Origin: Macrostomum lignano
Taxonomy: Eukaryota
Assembly: GCA_002269645.1 (NCBI GenBank)
Contig: NIVC01000838.1
Location: forward strand, 186,001-250,000
Length of the DNA stretch: 64,000 nucleotides
Direction: 5' to 3'
Within the stretch, counting starts at the first letter, position 1, and every line of letters starts with the position of its first letter. Position numbers and translations under genes: made by a program. Below the pieces are notes generated by a model. That model was not told the origin of the DNA, did no database searches, and was given only the letters and a program-made list of their open reading frames with translations. This document shows, piece after piece, positions 19,601 to 31,600 of the stretch.

Positions 19601-22600
19601 GCGGTCACGCGACGACAGGAGGCACAGAAGTTACAACACGACAGGGGCGCCAGAGCGAGGTCCTTCGAGGAAGGCGACGACGTCGTAGTGCGGGATTTCA
19701 CGGGTCAGCAGAAGTGGCTGCCGGCCAGCATCAGCCGACAAACAGCACCTTTGTCCTACGAGTGCCGGCTGCCTGATGATCGCATTGTACGCCGCCACGC
19801 CGACCATGTAGCCTCTGCAGGCGTCGAACCGCTGACCTCAGGAAGCACGGAACTGCCAATTAATGACGAGCTGCGCTACGAATCGGCTGAGGCAGAAGTT
19901 CCGCCGCTGCTGCCGCCCACGCCGCCGCCGCCCACACAGCCACCGACCGCGCCGCCGCCGCCCACGCAGCCGCCGCTTCCTCCGACTCCTCAGGCGCGGC
20001 GTTCGCAGAGGAACCGAAAATGCCCGGACAGGTTGACGTACAAGTGAACGTTTTTTTGTTTTTTTTCCCTGACAGACCTTTTTTTTGTTTACAGCTTTGG
20101 GTGGTGTTCGATTTTTTTTTGTTTCTGTTATTGTTGTCGTGGTGCTGGGAAGTATTTTCTTTTCTCTTTTTTTGTTTCTTTTTTGTTGCTGTTTTTTTCT
20201 TTTTTTCATCTACGTGTGGAGGGATGTGGTGACTGCGTTTCGCTTTCTGTGCAGAGTGGGGGATGGGGGGCTGTCTCTCTCTCTCTCTCTCTCTCGGATT
20301 GTACTCGCGCATGTGCATACTCTGGAGCGCGAGCACGCCAGAGGTAGCGGCTGATTGGTCAGCCTAGTCAGGCTGGAAAATAAACTGGTATTTATTGAGA
20401 GAGCTAGGCTTGGCCAGCTCTAAGAAGTTTTTTTTCTCTCTGCAAGCCACACAGACTTTGTTACAGGGGGCTCTGATCCCCAAAATGCACTGACCCCACA
20501 ATGCACTGACCCAGGTTAACACAGGATGACTACATGTATTTCTGCATTTCTGAATCCTCCCTGCATTTTCTACGACTCACCGACAACATGATGAGGGAGT
20601 CTGAATTCCCCGATTGGTTTAATGCATTAATTATTTATTGCTTTCCAAGCCCTTTTCACTCAAAACTTTAAAGAGCTTTAAGCACCCTAGTCCGAGAAGG
20701 GATCAGAAATCAGACTCACTGGACTAATTTGAGAAGCCTTCCTTGAGCAGCTGGCAGTGACTCATTGCTTCAGCCTACGAGTAAATAATACTAAATAATT
20801 TACAATATCTGAGTTGGGCGAGGTCTCTGATGATTTCAATTTCTCCCCGATGCGAAAGATATCCCCATTTAACAATGAGTCCATTTTACATCGATTACTT
20901 CACCAGTGTGTCCAACTAGAACACTTAGCTGTCCGAGTAGAATATGGGTCTGTTCGAGTAGAATATGGGGCTGTCCGAGTAGAATATGGGTCTGCCCGAG
21001 TAGAACACACTGTGCGAGTAGACTATGGGTATGTCCGAGTAGAACACTCTGGTGTCCGAGTAGACTATGAGTCTGTCCGGGTAGAACACTAGTGTCCGAG
21101 TAGAATATGGATCTGTCCGAGTAGAACACTTTGATGTCCGAGTAGAACACTTAGCTGTCCGAGTAGACTACGGGTCTGTCCTAGTAGAATATGGGTCTGT
21201 CCGAGTAGAATATGGGGCTGTCCGAATAGAACACTTAGCTGTCCGAGTAGAACACTTAGCTGTCCGAGTAGAACACTTAGCTGTCCGAGTAGAACACTTA
21301 GCTGTCCGAGTAGAACACTTAGCTGTCCGAGTAGAACACTTAGATGTCCGAGTAGACTATGGGTCTGTCCTAGTAGAATATGAGTCTGTCCGAGTAGAAC
21401 ACTTAGCTGTCCGAGTAGAACACTTTGATGTCCGAGTAGACTAGGGTCTTTCCAAGTAAAATATGGATCTGTCTGAGTAGACTATGGGTCTTTCCGAGTA
21501 GAATATGGGCCTTTCCGAGTAGAATATGGGGCTGTCCGAGTAGAATATGGGGCTGTCCGAGTAAAACACTTAGCTGTCCGAGTAGACTATGGGTCTGTCT
21601 TAGTAGAATATGGGTCTGTCCGAGCAGAACATTTAACTGTCCGAGTAGAACACTTAGCTGTCCGAGTAGACTATGGGTCTGTCCTAGTAGAATATGGGTC
21701 TGTCCTAGTAGAATATGGGTCTTTCCGAGTAGAATATGGGTCTACCCGAGTAGAACACACTGTCCGAGTAGACTATGGGTATGTCCGAGTAGAACACTCT
21801 GTGTCCGAGTAGACTATGAGTCTGTCCGGGTAGAAAACTGGTGTCCGAGTAGACTATGAGGCTGTCCGGGTAGAACACTAGGGTGTCCGAGTAGAAGGCT
21901 AGGGTGTCCGGGTAGAAGGCTAGGGTGTCCGGGTAGAGGGCTAGGGTGTCCGAGTAGAAGGCTAGGGTGTCCGAGTAGAAGGCTAGGGTGTCCGGGTAGA
22001 ATACCCTGTCTGATTGTGCTTTCCGACCAGAACCGGCCAAAATTTGCCTCCTAAAAGACTTATATCGATTGTTTTACAAATCACAAAGTTCGAACTCGCC
22101 CACCCCCTGGCAGGCCAGAGCTGCGCAGACTTCGCCGCCGGACAAGCAGCCTGCGCCAGCCTTCTCGCTGACGCTCGACCGGCGAAAAGTGTCGTTAGGA
22201 CGGCGACACCCACGGTAGCTGCCGTTGCCGCCGCTGCGGGGTCCACTGCCAGTGAGTGACCGACTGGGAAATCTCGCTGTTGATTGATTTTCTTTTAACC
22301 TACTTATAGTAAAAATGCAAGCATTTTTTCAACCATACAATACTCTCCAATATTGCAGAGCCGCAGACAAGCAGCGACTACGAAGAGGATGAATCAAAGT
22401 CGGACTACGCGATTCCGACGGTAAGCGGAAAGTTCCACAGGTGCACTTTTGGGGCATCCGTGATGTCTGAGATCAACTAGTGTAAATTTTTAAGTGATCT
22501 TGTTACCGAAAAAAACTAGAACATGGCGGTGTCCGAGTAAGAATACTCGGGTGTCCGAGTAGAGCACTCAGGTGTCCGAGTAGAGCACTAGGGTGTCGGT

Positions 22601-25600
22601 GTCCGAGTAGAACGCTCGGGTGTCCGAGTAGAACACTAGGGTGTCCGAGTAGAACACTAGGGTGTCCGAGTAGAACACTAGGGTGTCCGAGTAGAACACT
22701 AGGGTGTCCGAGTAGAACACTAGGGTGTCCGAGTAGAACACTAGGGTGTCCGAGTAGAACACTAGGGTGTCCGAGTAGAACACTAGGGTGTCCGAGTAGA
22801 ACACTAGGGTGTCCGAGTAGAGCACTCGAGTGTCCGAGTAGAACACTAGGGTGTCCGGGAAGACTACAAGTATTCGGGTATACCACAGGGGGATCCTACT
22901 AAAGGTTGGATGTCCGATTAGGACACTAACGGTATCCGAGAAGAAGATGGGACTGTCCGGCCAGAATTAGAACCCCTCCAGCCCTGGCTCTCCCAGCGCG
23001 ATTCCGGTCTCAAAGAACCGGCCGCCAGCCGCACCCAAACCCAGCCGGCTTCGCTGACTCCCCCGCCACCGACACCACCGCCGCTTGATGACGATGAGGA
23101 TGTGGTGTCGGCCATCAGCGAAGCGGCGGACAGCGTGGCGAGCCTTCAGGACCTGCTGGAGCCGAACTCGTCACCAGCTTTAGACGCAGCTGGCGCTGTC
23201 CGAGACAACGCCGCTGAGGACAACGCTGCGGCGGAGTTCGAGTCGGAGGTGTCCGAACTCGAGGATGCCAACGAATATGAGGCTGAGGCTGAGCAGGTTG
23301 GGGTGGCCTTCGAGTCTTTAGTCGTCACCTCTAGTTGTGGTTTTCCTTGTCGTCGTTGATCACAAAAAGTCACCTCAGTGGCATTCACTTTTTTATTTGA
23401 TCGCTCACCAATTTTTTTGTCTTTTTTCCTTTTTCACTACCGCACAGCTGGACAGCGCCCGCTCCGACCGGTCGTTGGGCGGCGGCGGCGGCGGCGGCGG
23501 CCGTCGTTCAATCAGCCTGAACGACTTTCACGCCGGCGGCAAGGTCGACGTGTTTGATCCTGGTGAGTAAACCATTTAAACAGTTTTTTGCTGAGTTTTG
23601 AAAGGTCTTTGTAGCTCCTTAAGTTTTCGGCCTCAGGAACTGCGAGACTACTCAGGTATCCTACTCAGGGTATTCTATTCAGGGTATCCTACTCAGGTAT
23701 CCTACTCAGGGTATTCTATTCAGGGTATCCTACTCAGGTATCCTACTCAGGGTATTCTATTCAGGGTATCCTACTCAGGTATCCTACTCAGGGCATCCTA
23801 CTCAGGGTATTCTATTCAGGGTATCCTACTCAGGGTATTCTATTCAGGGTATCCTACTCAGGGTATTCTATTCAGGGTATCCTACTCAGGTATCCTACTC
23901 AGGGCATCCTACTCAGGGTATTCTATTCAGGGTATCCTACTCAGGTATCCTACTCAGGGCATCCTACTCAGGTATCCTACTCAGGGCATCCTACTCAGGG
24001 CATCCTACTCAGGTATCCTGCTCAGGGTATCCTACTCAGGGTATTCTATTCAGGGTATCCTACTCAGGTATCCTACTCAGGGCATCCTACTCAGGGCATC
24101 CTACTCAGGTATCCTACTCAGGGTATCCTACTCAGGGTATTCTATTCAGGGTATCCTACTCAGGGCATCCTACTCAGGGTATTCTATTCAGGGTATCCTA
24201 CTCAGGTATCCTACTCAGGGCATCCTACTCAGGTATCCTACTCAGGGCATCCTACTCAGGGTATCCTACTCAGGGTATTCTATTCAGGGTATCCTACTCA
24301 GGGCATCCTACTCAGGGTATTCTATTCAGGGTATCCTACTCAGGTATCCTACTCAGGGCATCCTACTCAGGTATCCTACTCAGGGCATCCTACTCAGGGT
24401 ATCCTACTCAGGGTATCCTATTCAGGGTATCCTATTCAGGGTATCCTACTCTACTCGCCCTTGTCAATCAAGCATACTCCCCTAAATCGCCACCCGCCTC
24501 CATCATTGCTGCCGCAGAGACTCAGCAGACGAGGTCTCTGAAGGTGCCGATCGTCCGCGACAGCCGCCGCCGCTCCCGCTCCCCTTCCCCGGCCGTGTCC
24601 GCCTCACTGGACAGCGGCAGCGAGGACGACCTCGGGCCAGAGGCGGCCAGAATCAGGCTGAGCGGACAGGTGCATCTCGGAGCCGGGACTCCCTCATCTA
24701 ATTTGTGCTCCTGTTTTTGGGATCAGTCAGAGTGGGATCAGTCAGAGTGGGATCAGTCAGAGTGGGATCAGTCAGAGTGGGATCAGTCAGAGTGGGATCA
24801 GTCAGAGTGGGATCAGTCAGAGTGGGATCAGTCAGAGTGGGATCAGTCAGAGTGGGATCAGTCAGAGTGGGATCAGTCAGAGTGGGATCAGTCAGAGTGG
24901 GATCAGTCAGAGTGGGATCAGTCAGAGTGGGATCAGTCAGAGTGGGATCAGTCAGAGTGGGATCAGTCAGAGTGGGATCAGTCAGAGTGGGATCAGTCAG
25001 AGTGGGATCAGTCAGAGTGGGATCAGTCAGAGTGGGATCAGTCAGAGTGGGATCAGTCAGAGTGGGATCAGTCAGAGTGGGATCAGTCAGAGTGGGATCA
25101 GTCAGAGTGGGATCAGTCAGAGTGGGATCAGTCAGAGTGGGATCAGTCAGAGTGGGATCAGTCAGAGTGGGATCAGTCAGAGTGGGATCAGTCAGAGTGG
25201 GATCAGTCAGAGTGGGATCAGTCAGAGTGGGATCAGTCAGAGTGGGATCAGTCAGAGTGGGATCAGTCAGAGTGGGATCAGTCAGAGTGGGATCAGTCAG
25301 ATTATTGGGATCACAAATCACAAATTATGAACCAGTGACTACACTGAATTTTTTATTCAACACTTTTCATTTCTATTCACAAAACATTGAATTCGCAAAT
25401 TTTCGGTTACAAACGTTCCTCACTTTCATGAGCGGGGGGGGATTTCTTCCCAACAGCGCTCCGAATCCGCCCGAGCGTCCCTGGCCGTCGTACCCGAGAC
25501 GGCAGCGAACCGAGCTGCCACCAGCAAGTCGAACAACCGCAAGAAGCCGGACGCTCCGGACAATGACGACGATGACGACGACTGGAGCGAGTCCATCAGC

Positions 25601-28600
25601 GTTGACAAGGAGCCCTCCCCAAGGATCAACCTCAAGCAGGCCATGGAGCAGCGGAAGAGGCAGGCAGTGTTCCTGGACGATCAGGACGACGACACCGTTG
25701 CTTCGGACTTTCCGGCGACAACACCGCGGTCTGGGGGGAAGGCGACGCCAAGGGACAAGGTACGACAGCTCTATGACCGTCTATCATCTATGACCAATCT
25801 ATCATCTATGACCAAGCTATCATCTATGCACAAGCTATCATCTATGACCAATCTATTATCTATGACCAATCTATTATCTATGACCAATCTATCATCTATG
25901 ACCAATCTATCATCTATGACCAAGCTATCACCTATGACCAAGCTATCATCTATGACCAAGCTATCATCTATGACCAAACTATCATCTATGACCAATCTAT
26001 CATCTATGTACAAGCTATCATCTATGACCAATCTATCATCTATGACCAATTTATCATCTATGACCAATTTATCATCTATGACCAATCTATCATCTATGAC
26101 CAATCTATCATCTATGACCAATCTATTATCTATAAACAATCTATCATCTATGATTAATCTATCATCTATGACCAATCTATCCCCTATGACCAATCTATCA
26201 TCTATGACCAATCTATAATCCATGACCTATCTATTATCAATGACCAATCCATTTTCTGTGACCAATCGGTTATCGATATTCAAACCATTTGCTAGGACCA
26301 ATCCATCATTATGACGAATCCACGATCATAACAAATCGTAATTTTCAGCAGAAGCCGGTGTTCCAACGCCAAGAGTCGGACTGGGACGCATCCGAAATCT
26401 CAGAGGTCGTCCCCGAGCCAACAGCAGCCAACTCGGTAAATTAGGTCGAATTTATTTGCTTCTTTGTTGCCATGGCAACTGCATTCTTTAAGATTCTTAT
26501 TTAGAGCACTTCCTGGGTATTTGCTTAACCATCGTTGCCATGACAACGACTTTATTCTTTATAGAATGCCTACTTTGAATTCCAGGGCCCCGCCAAGGAC
26601 GACGATGAGGCGGAGTCGGACTGGGACGACTCTGTCGCTGCTCCTGTCGCCGCCGAGTCGGCATCGAAGGCCAAGCAGGTCCAGGGCGGCGAGGGCGCCG
26701 ATTCCGACTCGGACTGGGACGGCTCGGAGGCCGCCACCACGGCGAGGAGCAAGCCGAAAGACAGCGCCAGAGAGGAGGTAGGCAGCGCTCAATCATGGGA
26801 TACGAGTATATGATTTGGGATTTGGGATCTGGGATGCGGGATGTTGGATGTGGGATGTGGGATGTGGGATGTGGGATGTGAGATCTAGGATGTGAGATGT
26901 AAGATCTAGGATTTGAGATGTAGGATCTGTGATGTGGGATCTGTGATTTGAGATCAGGGATATGTGATCTAGGATATGGGATCTGTGATGTGATCCATAA
27001 TATGGGATCTGTGATGTGATCTAGAATGTGGGATCTGTGATGTGATCTGGGGTGTGGGATCTGAGGCGTGGGATCTGGGGTGTGGGATCTGGGGTCTGAG
27101 TGATTTGCAGTCCGTGTTTTCCTGGTTCAAATACGCTCGTATTTATTAAAAAACTCTCTCCCCAGCCCGTCAGCGACTGGGACACCTCAACGGAGGCCGG
27201 AGACTCGGTCGTGTCTCCAAGGCGACCCCCGCCGCCGCCGCCGCCGCCACAGCAGCATCAGGAGCAGCTGGGTCGCAGGTTGAGCAAAACTGACAAAGAC
27301 GGCCTGCAGCCGATCGCGGAAGAATCCACGCCTGTGAGCTCATGGCCCTCTGAAATTTGGGAGCCGTTCTTGCGCGCAAGAAAATTCCTTTTTTACAATT
27401 TTTTTCAGGCAAGCCAACGAAAGTTCGCTAAGGGACGAACGCAGTCTGAAACCGAGTCTGACTGGGACGATGAGGCGGTGCGTTACTGGAATTTCACTGG
27501 GTCAGGAACTCGGGGAGCGGGATGTCTGATCCGGGATTCGGGATCTAGGATCTGGGATCCAGGATCTGGGAACTGGGATCTGGGATCTAGAATCCGGGAT
27601 TCGGGATCTGGGAACTGGAATATAGAATCCGGAATTCGGGATCTGGGAACTGGGATCTAGAATCCGGGATTTGGGATCTAGGAACTGGGATATAGAATCC
27701 AGGATTCGGGATCTGTGAACTGAGGTTTAGAATCCAGGATTCGGGATGTGGGAACTAGGATCTGGAATCTAGAGTCCGGGATTCAGGATCTGGGAACTGG
27801 GATCTAGAATCCGGGATTCAGGATCTGGAAACTGGGATCTAGAATCCGGGATTTGGGATCTGGGAACTGGGATCTAGAATCCAGGATTCGGGATCTGGGA
27901 ACTGGGATATAGAATCCAGGATTCAGGATCTGGGAACTGGTATCTAGAATCCGGGATTCGGGATCTGGGAACTGGTATCTAGAATCCGGGATTCGGGATC
28001 TGGGAACTGGTTATCTAGAATCCGGGATTCGGGATCTGGGAACTGGGATCTAGAATCCAGGATTCGGGATCTGGGAACTGGGATCTAGAATCCGGGATTC
28101 GTGATGTGGGAACTGGGATCTAGGATCTAGAATCCGGGATTCAGGATCTGGGAACTGGTTATCTAGAATCCGGGATTCGAGATCTGGGAACTGGAATTTA
28201 GAATCCAGGATTCGGGATCTGGGAACTGGGATCTAGAATCCGGGATTCGTGATGTGGGAACTGGGATCTAGGATCTAGAATCCGGGATTCAGGATCTGGG
28301 AGCTGGGATATAGAATCCGGGATTCTGAGTCTGATTCTGAGGATCCCGAGACCTGACTACGCGAGATTTATCGAGTATTATGGTTTGTTTACCAATTCCA
28401 GAAGCATCCATCTGGAGCAGACAATGTCGGAGACGACTTGTGAGTTTTTTGCCATATTTTAATAACGACAAACTACGCAGTAGTCAGTAATTAGAATTTC
28501 ATGATTTATAACTGAGCCAAAATTTATAAATTTCAGTTTCGATTCCCAAAGAAAAGAGGGCGCAGACACGGTGATCGCGGCCATGCTGCAGGAGAACCAG

Positions 28601-31600
28601 CTGTCCGAAACGTGAGCCGCTGTTGTAGACCTTTACGAGCTCTGACCCGCTCCAGTGTGCTTTTACTTTTAATCGACATTTAAAAAAAAACTATAGTTAA
28701 CACTTTCTCGATACTCTACTAACAGTAACAATAGGAGAATAGTTTATGTATAAATGTTTTTATAAGAAACATTTCTTCGATACTCTACTAATAGTGGAAA
28801 TATAAGGAAAATATTATTTACAAGTTAATAAACAAGGTTGTACTGAAGTACGATGCGGCGGCACTGCACTTTTATGACCACCCCCCAAAACTGCTGACCT
28901 TCCAGACCGCCACCAGTCGCCGCAGTTGCCGCCGCCAAAACCGGCAACTCCTCGCTGTCCGACGATGACGACGAAGACGGCTCGCTGCCGCCGGTGCCGA
29001 TGGAGGTCGCCCGCTTGCAGGCGCAGCTCGACGACTTCTCCAGGCAGCTGGCCGCCAGCCGCGCCGACTGCTCGCGCTCTGAAGCTGAGCGCCAGCGCCT
29101 CGCCGAGGAGCTCGCGGAGTTGGCGCGGCGACTCAGCGACGCCGAGGAGAACCTCCAGTCCGAGGCTGACCGACGCGCCGCCCTGGCTGAGAAGCTCGAC
29201 GAGCAGCGGGAGGCCGCCAGAGCGGAGGCGCGAGCCCGCGAGGACGCCCGGGCCGAGGCGGAGGCGCTGCACACCGAGCGGGACTCGGCGCTCGCCAGAC
29301 TGCGCGCCGCCGAGGCTGATCTGGCGCAGGCGCGCGATGCCTTGGAGACCGAGCGGCAGGCGGTGGCGGCGGCGGCGGCAGCGGCGACGGAGCGGCGCAG
29401 CACAGCCGACAGAGTCGAAGACGACGCTGACACCGAAGGATTGACGGCCGAGGTCGAGGCGAGTCGCCGTCGCGCCGACGTTGCCGAGCGCGAGGCCGCA
29501 GACCTCCGAGCCGAAGTGGAAACCCTGCGCGGCCGGATGCGCGCACAGGAGACGCGCTGGTTGGACGAGCGCGCCCAGCTGGAGGGCCAGGCGGCCGAGG
29601 CGGAGGCGGCGTCCCGGGAGGCGCTGGCGAAGATGGCGCTCAGCCTGGAGGCAGCGCGGGCCGATGCGTTGGAGCAGCGCCAGCGCGCGGAAGCGGAGCG
29701 CGCGGAGGCCGGGCAGCTGCAGGCGCGCCTGGCCGCGCTGACCGAGTCTGCCGGACAGGGGGACAAGCAGGCGGCCGATCTGGCCGGCCAGCTGCACCAG
29801 GCCAAGGAGGCGGCCGTGCGCTTGGAGGAGCAGCTGGCGGCGGAGCGGGCAAAGTCGGCAGCCAGTCAGGTTAGTGGCTTTCGGTACATTGGAGCTCGCC
29901 AGAGAATGTACATTGGGGGTCGCCAGAGAATGTACATTGTGGCTCGCCAGAGAATGTACATTGGGGCTCGCTAGAGAATGTACATTGGGGCTCGCCAGAG
30001 AATGTACATTGGGGCTCGCCAGAGAATGTACATTGGGGCTCGCCAGAGAATGTACATTGGGGCTCGCCAGAGAATGTACATTGGGGCTCGCTAGAGAATG
30101 TACATTGGGGCTCGCCAGAGAATGTACATTGGGACTCGACAGAAAGTGTACATTGTTCTGTACGAGCGTATTGTTTAAATTCGCAACTCTCACACCACCG
30201 CACTTTGTTAATAGTAAAAAAGGCCCGAAAGCTGTTTAAATCGATGCCATAATTTTTGAAAAAGTTTTTGTTACAAAAGATTTAAATGCAGAAAATGCCA
30301 GCCAATGAGAGATGCGCTAAGTTACTAGTTGGTGTGTTTAGGGTCTACTTGGGTCTCCCTACTGGCTCCTGAGCACACACAAGCACGCCAATACTGTACA
30401 CAGGTGCGCACTCATACACACGCTCACACAGGGTGCACAGCGGTCCTGACTTTCTGATTTGTCAGGCATGTACACTCTCTGTGATTTTGGGGTTGGCTCT
30501 CATGGCACACGAGACCCTAATGAATGTGGCCGAGCACGGAATCGAACCTGGGGTCACCCCAACTGCCCCCCCCAGGAGGAGCTCCATCGCGCCCTGGACG
30601 CCGCCAAGGAGGCCAGCGCTGAGTCGCGTCGGTTCCGCTCTGAGCTGGCGGCCAGCCAGGCCGAATTGCGCGAAGCCCGCGCGGAGACGCGCAAATTGCG
30701 CGAGACCGAAGCTGCGCTGGCCTCGGCCGAGGGCCGGCTGGCCGGGGCCGGACAGGCCAACGCGGATTTGCGCGACCAGCTGCAGAGGCTGGCGGCAGCG
30801 GCCAGCAAGGGAGACGAGAAGGAGAGCCAGCTGCAGCAGCGCCTGTGCGACATTCTCAACGGATACAGAGACGACTTCGACAAGGTAGGGGGATCTCAGG
30901 TGTGGGATCTTAAGGTATGGGAGAAAAGAATTAAATCTAGGATCTGGGATCTAGGATCTGGGATCTAGGATCTGGGATCTAGGATCTGGGATCTAGGATC
31001 TGGGATCTAGGATCTGGGATCTAGGATCTGGGATCTAGGATCTGGGATCTAGGATCTGGGATCTAGGATCTGGGATCTAGGATCTGGGATCTAGGATCTG
31101 GGATCTAGGATCTGGGATCTAGGATCTGGGATCTAGGATCTGGGATCTAGGATCTGGGATCTAGGATCTGGGATCTAGGATCTGGGATCTAGGATCTGGG
31201 ATCTAGGATCTGGGATCTAGGATCTGGGATCTAGGATCTGGGATCTAGGATCTGGGATCTAGGATCTGGGATCTAGGATCTGGGATCTAGGATCTGGGAT
31301 CTAGGATCTGGGATCTAGGATCTGGGATCTAGGATCTGGGATCTAGGATCTGGGATCTAGGATCTGGGATCTAGGATCTGGGATCTAGGATCTGGGATCT
31401 AGGATCTGGGATCTAGGATCTGGGATCTAGGATCTGGGATCTAGGATCTGGGATCTAGGATCTGGGATCTAGGATCTGGGATCTAGGATCTGGGATCTAG
31501 GATCTGGGATCTAGGATCTGGGATCTAGGATCTGGGATCTAGGATCTGGGATCTAGGATCTGGGATCTAGGATCTGGGATCTAGGATCTGGGATCTAGGA

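Larger units (their letters stand above)
15830..20465 (+). mobile_element. Full-length Ty3/Gypsy LTR retrotransposon (Mag-like) in ANKRD26 intron 3
   Basis: 5' LTR 15830-16067 and 3' LTR 20225-20465 (TG...CA), identical except in a G run and a (CT)n tract. PBS at 16069-16080, purine tract GGAGGGA before the 3' LTR, GGGGG TSD. Domain order gag-PR-RT-RH-INT; no env. Confidence 0.97.

Noticed and set aside
24719-25312. WDQSE repeat as a coding extension of the SDWD motif region
   Set aside because: A good donor (CAG|GTGCAT, 24669) and acceptor (25457) exclude it. Read-through hits a stop at 25338. The resemblance looks coincidental, though intron retention was not testable.
28814-30193. Long antisense and alternative-frame ORFs over ANKRD26 exon 16, and similar ones over pol, sHSP and ADAM exons
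   Set aside because: These are shadow ORFs expected from GC-rich, stop-poor coding sequence.
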